32,000 nt of DNA from an uncultured delta proteobacterium (GCA_963782055.1 CAWAIF010000003.1:2809474-2841473); one strand, 5' to 3'. Shown: positions 1 through 8,292, counted from the stretch's first letter. A program made the numbers and translations. The notes: generated from the letters alone by a model not told the origin.

Positions 1-335
1 ACACCAAGATCGAGCCCTACGTGAAGATCCCCATCATGATCTCCATGCAGGGAGACTCCCCGGAGCCCTTCCGCCTGGAGGCCGTGGGCGCGGTGCGTGT
101 CGCGCAGGAGATCGGCCCGGTGGACGTGGGCGTGCGGCTCGTCGGCAACCTGCCCATCGCCGCCATGTCCACCATGCGCGACCCGCTCTTCGCGGTCGAG
201 CCGGAGGTGCGCCTGCACATCACCCCGTCGTCGGAGCTGTGGGTCGGCGGCGTCATGGTGCTGGGCGGTTCGCAGACGATCTACGACAAGGGCGACGCTG
301 GCGCCTTCCAGATCGGCTTGAGCGCCACCTTCTGA
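1..335 (+). CDS. 3' end of a gene for a probable outer-membrane beta-barrel-type protein (5' end lies upstream of the window)
   Basis: Frame 3 is open from the window edge (..TKIEPYVKIPIM..) to TGA 333-335, with strong G/C third-position bias. The product ends ..AFQIGLSATF, a terminal-Phe beta-signal-like C-terminus. Function is by-eye inference only. Confidence 0.5.
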   Translation, partial: TKIEPYVKIPIMISMQGDSPEPFRLEAVGAVRVAQEIGPVDVGVRLVGNLPIAAMSTMRDPLFAVEPEVRLHITPSSELWVGGVMVLGGSQTIYDKGDAGAFQIGLSATF

Positions 336-338
336 GCC

Positions 339-367
339 GGCGGGCCGCCCGCCAGCCCGTTTATTTT
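339..367 (+). terminator. Weak intrinsic-terminator-like hairpin plus T-rich tract after the first gene
   Basis: GGCGG(GCCGC)CCGCC short GC stem at 339-353, then agcccg TTTATTTT (360-367). The stem is short and there is a 6-nt spacer before the T tract, so this is only tentative. Confidence 0.3.
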
Positions 368-399
368 CCCCCGTCGTGATGGCGTGCTCTACTCGGAGC

Positions 400-1053
400 A
401 TGCGCGCTAGGCTTGCGTGGTGGTCCCTGGTGGCGGTGGCACTCGCCCCGTTGCTCGTGGTCCGCGCGTCGCCCGCGCAGGACACGCCCGCGCAGCCCGC
501 GCCGTCCGCCTCCGCGTCGCCCTCGGCCAGCGCCGAGCCCTCGGTTCGCCCGGCGACGGGGTACGGCTGGAGCGATCACAAGTCCAGGGGCGCCGCGCAC
601 CCGCACCGGCACGTGCGCCACCACGCGGTCAAGCGCGCCGGCCCGGTCGCCACCATGCCCGGCTTCGAGCTGCTGGGGGACGGCGGCTCGCGCTTCTTCG
701 TGCAGCTCACGCAGCAGGTCCCGGTGGAGTCTCACAAGGCGAAGGGCAAGCTGACGTACGTGCTGAAGGGCGCGCACGTCGACCGCCGCAACAACCTGAA
801 CCCGCTGGTGACGGTCCACTTCAACACGCCGGTCACCCGCGCGCGCCTGGTGCCCGCGGGCAAGAACCTGAACTTCGTGCTGGAGCTGCGCGCCGACGTC
901 ACGCCCACCTACAAGGTGGTGCCGGGCAAGGACGGCACGAGCCTGCTGGTCATCGACTTCCCGAAGGGCAAGTACCTGCCCAACGCCGCCGTCGCCGCCG
1001 TCACGGCGACGGGCGACGCGAAGGATGCGGCGAAGGTGGACGGCCACCGCTGA
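400..1053 (+). CDS. Secreted hypothetical protein, possibly with an AMIN-like beta-sandwich domain
   Basis: ORF 376..1053. ATG at 400 gives a signal-peptide-like N-terminus MRARLAWWSLVAVALAPLLVVRA/SPAQ. This is followed by an Ala/Pro/Ser-rich linker and a beta-rich domain (SRFFVQLTQQVPVE..LTYVLKGAHV..VTVHF..NLNFVLELRADV..LLVIDFP). The start (376 GTG / 379 ATG / 400 ATG) is uncertain and the domain call is by eye. Confidence 0.6.
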   Translation: MRARLAWWSLVAVALAPLLVVRASPAQDTPAQPAPSASASPSASAEPSVRPATGYGWSDHKSRGAAHPHRHVRHHAVKRAGPVATMPGFELLGDGGSRFFVQLTQQVPVESHKAKGKLTYVLKGAHVDRRNNLNPLVTVHFNTPVTRARLVPAGKNLNFVLELRADVTPTYKVVPGKDGTSLLVIDFPKGKYLPNAAVAAVTATGDAKDAAKVDGHR

Positions 1054-2953
1054 GGCCTGCCACGCCCGGGCCGCGCGGGCGCTCGCCCCCGTGCTCGCGG
1101 CGACGGGGATCGTGTGCGCGCCGCGCGTGGCCCGCGCGCAGCAGGCGGTGGATGTTCACGCCGATCAGGTGCAGGTGGACGTGAAGCTGCACGAGCTCGA
1201 CCTTGTCGGGCACGTGCGCGCGGACGCGCCGCCGTTCCACCTCTCCGCCGAGAGGCTGCGCCTGACGCGCTCCCGCCGCGGCGTGGAGGTGCAGGGGGAC
1301 GGCAAGCTCACCTTCTGCCCGTGCCTGGGTACGCCGCTCACCGTCGCCTTCAAGCGGGCGACGGTGGCCCCACCCGGCGACCTGCTGCTCTCCAACGCCA
1401 GCCTGCGGATCTACGGCCTGCCCATCCTGTGGCTGCCCTTCTTCTGGCTGCGCGCGCCCACGCGCGTGGGCCTGCTGCCGCCGGAGATCGCCTATCGCGG
1501 CGCGGACGGCTTCTTCCTCGGCGGCGGCGTGCACGTTCCGCTCGGCGCGCGGCGCGGCGAGGCGCTCGACCTGCGCGCGGGGGGCTACTTTCTCGGCGGC
1601 TTCGCCGTCGACGCGAGCGCGCGGACGGCCACGACCAGCACGCACGTGCGCTTCGACCGGCTCGCCACGCCGGCGCTCGAGGGCTTGCCGGGCGACGGCA
1701 ACGGGCTGCTCGTGGACGCGCGCGGCGCGCTCACCCCTGGGCCGGAGACGCTGGCGTGGGACGTCGACACGGTGCTCGGGGCTCGCGGTCTCGACTCGGT
1801 GGTCGACCTGGACACGGCGGCGCGGCCCTACGACACGGCGGCGATGGAGGCCTCGGTGCACGGCCCCTTCGTGGTGAGCACCGGCCTGCGGGCGGTGTCC
1901 GAGCGCGGCGGGGAGCTCTTGGCCGCCGACGTGGGAGGGCCGGTCGCCACGGTCGGGCGCTCCGGCGCCATCGGCTCGGTAGGCACGTACGACGCGACGA
2001 TCGACGCGGGCGTCTTTCGCTTGACGGGTCAAGCGTTGCCCCCCGGCGTCACCGACCCGCGAGCGCTGTCCTTCGCGCGGGGCGACGCGGGCGTGCTGCT
2101 CGCCGGGCGCGCCGGTCCGGTGGGGGTGCGCGCGACGATGCGCGCGGCGGGCGACGTGGGGTCCGACGGCGTGACCGATGGGCTGGACGGCGCGGCGTCG
2201 GCGCGGCTGGAGGCGGGGCTCCCGCTAGTGCGGGGCATCCAGAGCGCCGACGCGGCCGACCCCTGGCGCCACCGCGTCGAGCCGCTGGTGTCCGTGGCGG
2301 GTCTGGTCAGCCGCGGCGACGAGCTGCTCGGGCTGGCCCCCGGCCGCGGCCTCGGCGGGGTGGCGGACGGCGCGGTGGACGGTCGCGCGGTGGTGGCGGA
2401 CGTCGGTGTGCGCAGCGCCCTCGGCCGCTGGGGGGCGGGCCTGGGGTTGCAGGTCGCCGGCGCGGGCGGCGTCGCCGTGGGGTCGGACGGCGCGGCGGTG
2501 GGCGTGGTGCGGTGGCGCGCGGCGGCGTCCCTCGGCGCCTTCGGGCTCGACGCGGAGGGCGGGGACGTGCTCGGGCGGGGTCACGTGGTGGTGGCCGCGG
2601 CGCGCGTGGGGCGGCCGTCGGGCCTGCATCTGCGTGTGTCGGTCGCCGGGCGGGAAGAGGCGGACCCGGTCCTGGCGCGGGCGCTGGTGGACGCGCCGCT
2701 GGAGCCGAGCGCGGGGTTCTTGGCGCGTGAAGGTTGGACGGGCGGCGTGCGCGCCGGCATCCCGTGGACGAGCTTCCTGGTGACGCGCGGTGGGGTGGAC
2801 ATGGACCTCGGCGCGCTGGTACCGACGGCGGCGGTCGGGAGCGTCGAGCTGCGCGACAAGTGCGGGTGCTTCGCCTTCCGGGTGACCGGAGCTCACCGGC
2901 TGGGGCGCGACGGCGTGGATGTGTGGGCGAGCGTCGACTTCGTCCCGAGGTGA
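1025..2953 (+). CDS. lptD: LPS-assembly outer-membrane protein LptD/OstA-like (compact, 642 aa)
   Basis: ORF 1025..2953.
- Signal-like N-terminus ending VARA/QQ.
- OstA-like N-domain (VDVHADQVQVD..LDLVGHVRA..).
- LptD-like barrel onset LRIYGLPILWLPFFWLRAP..GLLPPEIAYRGADGFFLGGG.
- CxC pairs near both ends (TFCPC, DKCGC), reminiscent of LptD inter-domain disulfides.
- C-terminal alternating beta-strand pattern.
The start overlaps the upstream ORF by 29 nt, so it is uncertain. Confidence 0.6.
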   Translation: MRRRWTATAEACHARAARALAPVLAATGIVCAPRVARAQQAVDVHADQVQVDVKLHELDLVGHVRADAPPFHLSAERLRLTRSRRGVEVQGDGKLTFCPCLGTPLTVAFKRATVAPPGDLLLSNASLRIYGLPILWLPFFWLRAPTRVGLLPPEIAYRGADGFFLGGGVHVPLGARRGEALDLRAGGYFLGGFAVDASARTATTSTHVRFDRLATPALEGLPGDGNGLLVDARGALTPGPETLAWDVDTVLGARGLDSVVDLDTAARPYDTAAMEASVHGPFVVSTGLRAVSERGGELLAADVGGPVATVGRSGAIGSVGTYDATIDAGVFRLTGQALPPGVTDPRALSFARGDAGVLLAGRAGPVGVRATMRAAGDVGSDGVTDGLDGAASARLEAGLPLVRGIQSADAADPWRHRVEPLVSVAGLVSRGDELLGLAPGRGLGGVADGAVDGRAVVADVGVRSALGRWGAGLGLQVAGAGGVAVGSDGAAVGVVRWRAAASLGAFGLDAEGGDVLGRGHVVVAAARVGRPSGLHLRVSVAGREEADPVLARALVDAPLEPSAGFLAREGWTGGVRAGIPWTSFLVTRGGVDMDLGALVPTAAVGSVELRDKCGCFAFRVTGAHRLGRDGVDVWASVDFVPR

Positions 2954-2983
2954 ACGGCGCGGGCGCGGCCTCGCCGCGTGGGG

Positions 2984-3454
2984 TCAGGAGTGGATCTGCT
3001 GGGCGAGGTAGTTGGCTTCGCCCACCTGCTTCATCAGATCGAACTGCCCCTCCAGCCAGTCGACGTGCGACTCCTCCGACACCAGGATGTGGCGGAGCAG
3101 GTCCTCGGAGCCGTTGTCGGCTGCGTCGCGACAGAGCTGCATGCCGCTGTTCAGACGGGGGATGGCCACCAGCTCCAGCGCGTGATCGTTCTTCAGGATC
3201 TCCGGCACGCTGGTGCCCACCATGATCTTGCCCAGGCGCTGCACGTTGGGCAGTCCCTCCAAAAATAGCACGCGCTCGATGATCTGATCGGCGTGCTTCA
3301 TCTCGTCGATCGACTCCTTGCGGATGGACTCGGCGAGCCTCTCGTAGCCCCAGTTCCGGCACATGCGCGCGTGCAAGAAGTACTGGTTGATAGCGGTCAG
3401 CTCGTTGGTGAGCACCTCGTTCAAGAGGTCGATGATTTTGGCGTCGCCCTTCAC
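2984..3454 (-). CDS. bfr: Bacterioferritin
   Basis: Product (V)[55 protein letters not shown].. is colinear with bacterioferritins, including the heme-ligand Met in DEMKHAD and the di-iron Glu/His residues. GTG at 3454 is preceded by GGAGGAG (SD) and gives the canonical MKGD start. The ORF-track extension to 3610 is not supported. Confidence 0.9.
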   Translation of the reverse strand: MKGDAKIIDLLNEVLTNELTAINQYFLHARMCRNWGYERLAESIRKESIDEMKHADQIIERVLFLEGLPNVQRLGKIMVGTSVPEILKNDHALELVAIPRLNSGMQLCRDAADNGSEDLLRHILVSEESHVDWLEGQFDLMKQVGEANYLAQQIHS

Positions 3455-3659
3455 GATCTCCTCCGGCTGTTGCTGCGGATGGGCCAGAGGACCAAATCGG
3501 ACGCCCGGATGCAACCGGGGAGGGGTGGCCCACCCCGGCCCGTGGACCATGCGTCGGAGCGCAAGCAAGCTAGCAGTCCGACGGCTGGGAGCAGCGCTGG
3601 AGGGGGCCACCAGGGCCGTGCTGGCGCAAGCGTTGGGAATGATTCAGCTATGGTAGGGC

Positions 3660-3688
3660 TTGAAATCGAAAACCGTTTTCATTATCTT
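3660..3688 (+). promoter_or_regulatory. Sigma70-like promoter for bfd (-35 TTGAAA, 17-nt spacer, -10 TATCTT)
   Basis: TTGAAA at 3660-3665 and TATCTT at 3683-3688, in an AT-rich island inside otherwise GC-rich DNA. The predicted TSS lies only about 5-8 nt before the bfd ATG (3702), and there is no obvious SD, so the mRNA would be nearly leaderless. Confidence 0.4.
3668..3686. promoter_or_regulatory. Fur-box-like operator overlapping the bfd promoter
   Basis: GAAAACCGTTTTCATTATC matches 13 of 19 positions of the classical Fur box GATAATGATAATCATTATC (hand alignment), with a perfect right half TCATTATC. It contains the near-palindrome GAAAAC-CG-TTTTC and sits between the divergent iron genes bfr and bfd. 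A weaker second site GAATGATTCAGCTAT lies at about 3637-3651. Confidence 0.5.
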
Positions 3689-3701
3689 CAAGACACCGAG
3701 C

Positions 3702-3905
3702 ATGTACGTCTGCGTCTGCCACGCCGTCACCGATGACAAGGTCCAGTCCGCCCTCGCGGGCGGTGCGACCACCCGCGAGGAGGTCACCCGCGCCTGCCGG
3801 GCGGGGGGTGACTGCGGGGCCTGCCACGGCCACATCGAGGACATGATCGAGGAGCATCAGGAGCTGGTCGCCGCCAGCCGCCTGGTTCGCGAGCGCGCCG
3901 CCTAG
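3702..3905 (+). CDS. bfd: Bacterioferritin-associated ferredoxin (BFD-like [2Fe-2S] protein)
   Basis: MYVCVCHAVTDDKV..TREEV..ACRAGGDCGACHGHIEDMI: a typical Bfd start and CxC...CxxC cluster ligands. The gene is divergent from bfr. I prefer ATG 3702 over the ORF-track TTG at 3660. Confidence 0.85.
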   Translation: MYVCVCHAVTDDKVQSALAGGATTREEVTRACRAGGDCGACHGHIEDMIEEHQELVAASRLVRERAA

Positions 3906-3966
3906 ACGGCGAGGGCCAGCAGAAGCTGCCCCCATCTGGCCGCAGCGCCGGGGGCCAGGGCCGCGT

Positions 3967-4341
3967 CTACTGCGACATCTCCACGGTGACGGCCTGCGTG
4001 ATCACGTGGCACCCGCCCTGGTCCACCGGGATGTCGGTGACGAAGGTGTCCTGGTAGCTCGCGCGGGAGACGTCCACCTCGTAGGTGCCGGGCCGCTCGA
4101 AGGCGCCCTGGTAGTCGCACGAGGAGACCGGCCCGGCGGGCTGCAGATCCTCCGAGTAGGCGCCATCCACCGCGGTGACCACGGCGTCGCAGATGCGATC
4201 GCCTGTCGCCTGGTCGACGACGACGACGTCCAGACCTGGCTGCGAGATGTTGTCGTTGCAGGAGGGGGTGGTGTTGATGACGCAGCCGCTGGTCACGGCT
4301 GCCCCGACCAGGAGAAAGGACAATAGCAAGCGATGGGTCAT
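3967..4341 (-). CDS. Small lipoprotein, carboxypeptidase-regulatory-like (Ig-like beta-sandwich) domain, tentative
   Basis: ATG 4341. MTHRLLLSFLLVGAAVTSG/C gives a signal peptide plus lipobox. The 124-aa product shows the pattern VVVVDQATGDRICDAVVTAV..GTYEVDVSRASYQDTFVTDI. The rest of ORF 3967..4989 is shadow frame. Confidence 0.6.
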   Translation of the reverse strand: MTHRLLLSFLLVGAAVTSGCVINTTPSCNDNISQPGLDVVVVDQATGDRICDAVVTAVDGAYSEDLQPAGPVSSCDYQGAFERPGTYEVDVSRASYQDTFVTDIPVDQGGCHVITQAVTVEMSQ

Positions 4342-4415
4342 GGGGCTTGGACGAGGGTAGAGCACGTTGTACGCAGCGGGCGCACACGAAGAACGTAAAG
4401 AAATCTCACGAAGGC

Positions 4416-5165
4416 TCAGGCGCGCTCCCCGCAGAAGCGGTCCACCAGGAAGGAGGCGACCGCGGAGGGGGTGGTGCCGGGGCCGAACCCTGCATCGTAG
4501 CCTAGCTCCAGGGCGAGCTTGTGGTCGATGCGCGGGCCGCCGAGCAGCAGCACGAGGTTCTTGCGCACGCCCTTCTTCTCCAGGAGCGCGACGAAGGCGC
4601 CGGCGTTCTCCTTGTGGCAGTTGCGCTGGGTGATCACCTGGCTCACCAGCACCGCATCCGCCTTCAGCGCGAGGGCCCGCTCGGCGAGCTGCTCGTTGTC
4701 CACCTGCGCGCCCAGGTTGTAGGCCTCGAAGCCCTTGTAGCTCTCCAGGCCCTTGTCCCCCGCGTAGCCTTTGTAGTTGAGGATGGCGTCGATGCCGACG
4801 GTGTGGGCGTCGGAGCCGGTGCACGCGCCGACGACGACGATCTTGCGACCCAGCCGCGCCTTGATGCGGCGCTCGATCTCCTCGCGGGTGAGCGCCTCGG
4901 TCCGCACCTCCGGCACGTCGATCTTGGAGGCGTCCACCGCGTGGCGCGAGTGGCCGTAGACGACGAAGTAGCAGTAGCCCTCGGCGCACTCCTCCATCGT
5001 CGCGACGATGGGCTCGCGCAGGCCGTGGAGCTCGGCGAAGCGCTTGGCGGCCTCGCGCGCGCGTGCGGAGGGCGGCAGCTCGAGCACGAAGCTCATCTGC
5101 ACCATGCCGTCGCCCTCGCGGTCGCCGTAGGCGCGCAGCGGGTTGTTGGGGGGCGTCGCACGCAT
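4416..5165 (-). CDS. kamE: Lysine 5,6-aminomutase beta subunit (B12-binding)
   Basis: 249 aa, colinear with Clostridium sticklandii KamE as I remember it.
- YGD...G.VQ.SF.L N-terminal region.
- GRKIVVVGACTGSDAHTVGIDAI, containing the DxHxxG B12 motif.
- NYKGYAG, the PLP-Lys context.
- AYNLGAQV, LVSQ..TQ and GGPRI...A.ELGYDAGFGPG.
ATG at 5165 lies 2 nt after the kamD stop. Confidence 0.9.
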   Translation of the reverse strand: MRATPPNNPLRAYGDREGDGMVQMSFVLELPPSARAREAAKRFAELHGLREPIVATMEECAEGYCYFVVYGHSRHAVDASKIDVPEVRTEALTREEIERRIKARLGRKIVVVGACTGSDAHTVGIDAILNYKGYAGDKGLESYKGFEAYNLGAQVDNEQLAERALALKADAVLVSQVITQRNCHKENAGAFVALLEKKGVRKNLVLLLGGPRIDHKLALELGYDAGFGPGTTPSAVASFLVDRFCGERA

Positions 5166-5167
5166 GA

Positions 5168-6718
5168 CTAGGCTCCCGCCTCCAGCGCTTCCAGGATGGG
5201 GTTGAGGTACTCGGCGTGGCGGGGGGTGACTCCCGCGTAGCCCTTGCCGCCGGTGCGCGTGCGCTTCACGTCGGCGAAGGCGCCCTTGCCGATGGCCTCC
5301 CAGATGGTGTCGCGGCGGACCTCCTCCAGCGTGCCGTGGGCCTCGTCCAGCACCTGGACTGCCCGGCGGGCGACGCGCCCGTCCGGCTTGAAGGCGATCT
5401 CCTCGCCCAGGTGCTTGCATGCATTGAACACGTACTTCGTCGCCTTGAGGGAGAGGTAGCGGTCCATGAGCAGGGGATTGTGGACGGCCTCGCTGAACAT
5501 ACCCAAGAGCTCGATGGACTGGTTCGTCGTGATGCCCACCACGTTGAACATGGCGTCGTGGACGTGGCTCTGGAAGACATCGCCCGTCTTGTGCTTGGTG
5601 GGAGGCATCCACTTGATGGGGTGGCGGTCGAAGATCTGCCGGACGAGCTGCGCCTGCGCGATCTCCATGAGGAAGCTGTCCTCGATCCACGGGTCGATCT
5701 CGAAGGCGTGGCCGAGGCCCATCTGCTCCTCCTTCAACCCCGCGCGCAGGGCGAAGGCCTCGTTGATGAACTGGCTGGCGAGCACCGTGTGCGCCTTCTC
5801 CACCGCGTCCGCTGTCGTCAGGTAGTTGTCCTCGCCGGTGTTGATGACGATGCCGCTGCGGGCGATGAACCGACGCGACACGTACTGATCGACGAAGGTG
5901 CGGCACATGTTGATGTCGCGGAAGAGGATGCCGTACATCGCGTCGTTGAGGAGCATGTCCAGCCGCTCCACGGCGCCCATCCAGGCGATCTCCGCCATGC
6001 AGAGGCCGGAGGAGTAGTTGGTCTGGTGGATGTAGCGGTCGTACTTGTCCGTCGCCTCGTCCAGGGCGTCGCGCACGATGCGGAAGTTTTCCTGCGTGGC
6101 GAAGGTGCCGCCGTAGCCCTCGGTCGTGGCGCCGTGGGGGACGTAGTCGAGCAGCGACTGCGCGGTGGCGCGGATGACGGCGATGACGTCGGCTCCCGCG
6201 AACGCGGCGGCCTTCGCCTGCACCGCGTCGTCGTAGATGTTGCCCGTCGCGACGATGACGTACTTCAGCGGCGTGGGGCCCGGCGGCACGCGCGCCTTGA
6301 GCTCTTGCCGCTGCGCGCGGGCGGCGTCGATGCGGTCGAGCGCGGCGGCGACGTGCGGGCGCAGGGCGCCGCGGACCTCCTCGGAGGAGGCGCCGGCCTC
6401 GCCGCGGTCCACCTCCGGACCGAAGGCGAGGCGCTCGGCCGCGTCCTGCACGTTGCGGGCGCCGGCGAGGAGGGCGCGGCCGAGGAAGAAGCTGATGCCG
6501 CGGCCCAGGAGCCCGGCCTGGTGGTAGCGGTCCACCGCAAGGTTCACGAGCGGGGCGCCCTGGTCGTCGGTGCCCTCCACGCCCAGCGCGCGGAGCACGA
6601 CGCGCTCCACGCCGACGGTGGTGTGGGCATCGATGTAGCGCTGCACGTCGTCGGCCACCTCCGCCGCGAGCGCGCGGCACGAGGCGACCTTCTTCGCGTC
6701 GACGGGGACGGTGGCCAT
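5168..6718 (-). CDS. kamD: Lysine 5,6-aminomutase alpha subunit
   Basis: Near full-length colinearity with KamD. Shared blocks include YVIVATGNIYDD, GADVIAVIRATAQSLLDYVPHGATTEGYGGTFATQENFR, NYSSGLCMAEIA, LNDAMYGILFRDINM, INTGEDNYLTTADA..AHTVLASQFINE and MGLGHAFE. I prefer ATG 6718 (MATVPVD) over the upstream GTG at 6736. Confidence 0.9.
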   Translation of the reverse strand: MATVPVDAKKVASCRALAAEVADDVQRYIDAHTTVGVERVVLRALGVEGTDDQGAPLVNLAVDRYHQAGLLGRGISFFLGRALLAGARNVQDAAERLAFGPEVDRGEAGASSEEVRGALRPHVAAALDRIDAARAQRQELKARVPPGPTPLKYVIVATGNIYDDAVQAKAAAFAGADVIAVIRATAQSLLDYVPHGATTEGYGGTFATQENFRIVRDALDEATDKYDRYIHQTNYSSGLCMAEIAWMGAVERLDMLLNDAMYGILFRDINMCRTFVDQYVSRRFIARSGIVINTGEDNYLTTADAVEKAHTVLASQFINEAFALRAGLKEEQMGLGHAFEIDPWIEDSFLMEIAQAQLVRQIFDRHPIKWMPPTKHKTGDVFQSHVHDAMFNVVGITTNQSIELLGMFSEAVHNPLLMDRYLSLKATKYVFNACKHLGEEIAFKPDGRVARRAVQVLDEAHGTLEEVRRDTIWEAIGKGAFADVKRTRTGGKGYAGVTPRHAEYLNPILEALEAGA

Positions 6719-6826
6719 ACGAGGCTTTTGCCACACGCGCGTGATCCGCGAAAGCCCGTTGCGGCCGGGCCGGAAGGCCGGGCGGCGCTGGCGTTGGCGA
6801 TCGCGTCGCCCGGCCGGGCGGATCCG

Positions 6827-7363
6827 TCAGCTCGCGGGCGATCTGCGGGTGGCCTGCACCGCCGCGGCCGCCAGCAGCGCGAGCAGCGCCGCCAGGCCGA
6901 CCGCGAGGGCCGGGCTGGGCGCGGGATCCTCCGCCAGCCGGGCGCGCGCCGCCTCGACCTCCGCCGGGCCGAGCCCCTGGGCCGCGCCCACGCGCGCGAG
7001 CCCCTCGTCGGCGTCGCGCGCGAGGCGGTCGTTGCCGGAGAAGAGCGCGCGCGTGGAGAGCGCGGCCGCGCGCACGGCATCCCACGCCAGCGTGGCGGTG
7101 GGGAGGTCGTGGCTCTGCTCCGCCTGCCGCGCGATGTCCTCCAGCCGCCCGAAGGCGCGTCCCGGATAGGGACTGAAGGGGACCCGCGCCATGGCCGCCT
7201 CGCGCGCCGACGCGATGGCGCCGCGCAGATCGCCGTGTGAGGAGGCCTCGTCGCTCGCCCGCATGGCCCGCGCGCCGGCGACCCACTGCGCCCTCGCCGC
7301 GACGCCCAGCACCGCCGCCAGGAGCGCCACGACGGCGATCACCCGCGTCGCGCCCCGGCTCAC
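6827..7363 (-). CDS. Hypothetical membrane protein with N- and C-terminal TM helices and a helical middle
   Basis: GTG 7363 overlaps the stop of the upstream permease gene (GTGA). The 178-aa product starts (V)SRGATRVIAVVALLAAVLGV and ends ..LAVGLAALLALLAAAAVQATRRSPAS. It has good GC3 bias and no recognisable family. The remainder of ORF 6827..8197 is shadow frame. Confidence 0.5.
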   Translation of the reverse strand: MSRGATRVIAVVALLAAVLGVAARAQWVAGARAMRASDEASSHGDLRGAIASAREAAMARVPFSPYPGRAFGRLEDIARQAEQSHDLPTATLAWDAVRAAALSTRALFSGNDRLARDADEGLARVGAAQGLGPAEVEAARARLAEDPAPSPALAVGLAALLALLAAAAVQATRRSPAS

Positions 7364-8292
7364 GTGAAGTCCCGCTTGCGGAAGAAGAGCGCCGCGATGG
7401 CCAGCATCACCGCGCTGTAGCCGAGCGCCTGCGCGCCCGCGCGCCCGACGAAGGCCCACACGGGCACGTCGGGTACCTGGCCAAGGAGCAGCGGCCGCGG
7501 CGGGACGTAGACGTGGAGGTTGGGCACCACGTGCGAGATGGCCGCCGCGAGCTTCTTCGTCCCCTCGCCGAACTGCCGCGCGGGCAGGTGGGCGAGCGTG
7601 TCCGCCGAGCGCCCCACCAGGAAGACGCCGAGGGTGAAGACGGCGGTGAGGAAGGGCGACGAGAAGGAGGAGAAGAGGGTGGCGATCGCGGCGACGATGC
7701 TCGCCTCGCAGAGCGTCAGGGCGGCGGAGGCGATCACCAGGCCGCGATTCTGCCCCGCGGGGGACGCCAGGATCGCCATGGCGGCGAAGGCGGCGAGCGA
7801 CCATGGGATGAGGACGAAGACGCGGGTGTACTTCGCGCGGAGGAGCAGCACGCCCAGGATGGCGAGCAGCAGGACCACCGCGCCCGCGACCAGCGCCGGC
7901 TTCTGATTCGCCTCCAGCGCGAGCACCGCGAGCACGGCGGCGGCGTCGGTGGCGACGAAGACGACGAGCGTCGCGATCGTGCCCATGTACTTGCCCAGCA
8001 GGTACTCGTGCCGACGCAGCGGTCGCGCGAGGATGGGGAAGACCGTCTTGAGCTCCAGCTCGCGATGGAGGGACGTGGCGCCCAGGACGATGGCCACGAG
8101 CGCGGCGTAAAGGGAGATCGACCCCGCGCCGATGTCGGAGACCACGCGCGGCTGCTGGTCGAGCGAGAGGCTGGCCACCACCACGGCGTAGGCGCACGTC
8201 GCCAGCGCGAGGGCGAAGAGGCCGTACAGCACGCGCGCGCGGACCGCCTCGCGGTACGCGTTCATGGCCACGGCGAGCATGCGCGCCAGCAT
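7360..8292 (-). CDS. ABC-2 type transporter permease (NosY-like family)
   Basis: 310 aa with about 6-7 hydrophobic helices. The N-terminus MLAVAMNAYREAVRARVLYGLF.. and the motif TVFPILARPLRRHEYLLGKY are typical of ABC-2/NosY-like permeases. No ATPase gene lies adjacent in the window. Confidence 0.7.
   Translation of the reverse strand: MLARMLAVAMNAYREAVRARVLYGLFALALATCAYAVVVASLSLDQQPRVVSDIGAGSISLYAALVAIVLGATSLHRELELKTVFPILARPLRRHEYLLGKYMGTIATLVVFVATDAAAVLAVLALEANQKPALVAGAVVLLLAILGVLLLRAKYTRVFVLIPWSLAAFAAMAILASPAGQNRGLVIASAALTLCEASIVAAIATLFSSFSSPFLTAVFTLGVFLVGRSADTLAHLPARQFGEGTKKLAAAISHVVPNLHVYVPPRPLLLGQVPDVPVWAFVGRAGAQALGYSAVMLAIAALFFRKRDFT

Noticed and set aside
2984-3610. The 208-aa version of the bfr ORF, starting at 3610.
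   Set aside because: The extra 52 aa are low-complexity with no homology to Bfr. GTG 3454 has a GGAGGAG SD and restores the canonical MKGD N-terminus.
6719-6826. Possible cobalamin riboswitch upstream of the B12-dependent kamDE genes, and a perfect 14-bp palindrome CGCCCGGCCGGGCG at 6807-6820.
   Set aside because: The spacer is only about 108 nt and has no B12-box-like sequence. Short GC palindromes are expected at this base composition.
4416-7286. Very long ORFs in alternative or antisense frames, with Arg/Gly/Pro/Ala-rich products. Examples: the 956-aa extension of 4416..7286, 5216..7240(+), 9328..11130(+), 17956..20289(+), 24240..26408(-), 2307..3533(-) and 13680..15428(-).
   Set aside because: These are typical shadow ORFs of high-GC DNA. 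They overlap genes with clear family signatures, are low-complexity and Arg-rich, and lack family motifs. I kept only the portions with recognisable proteins or sensible start signals.
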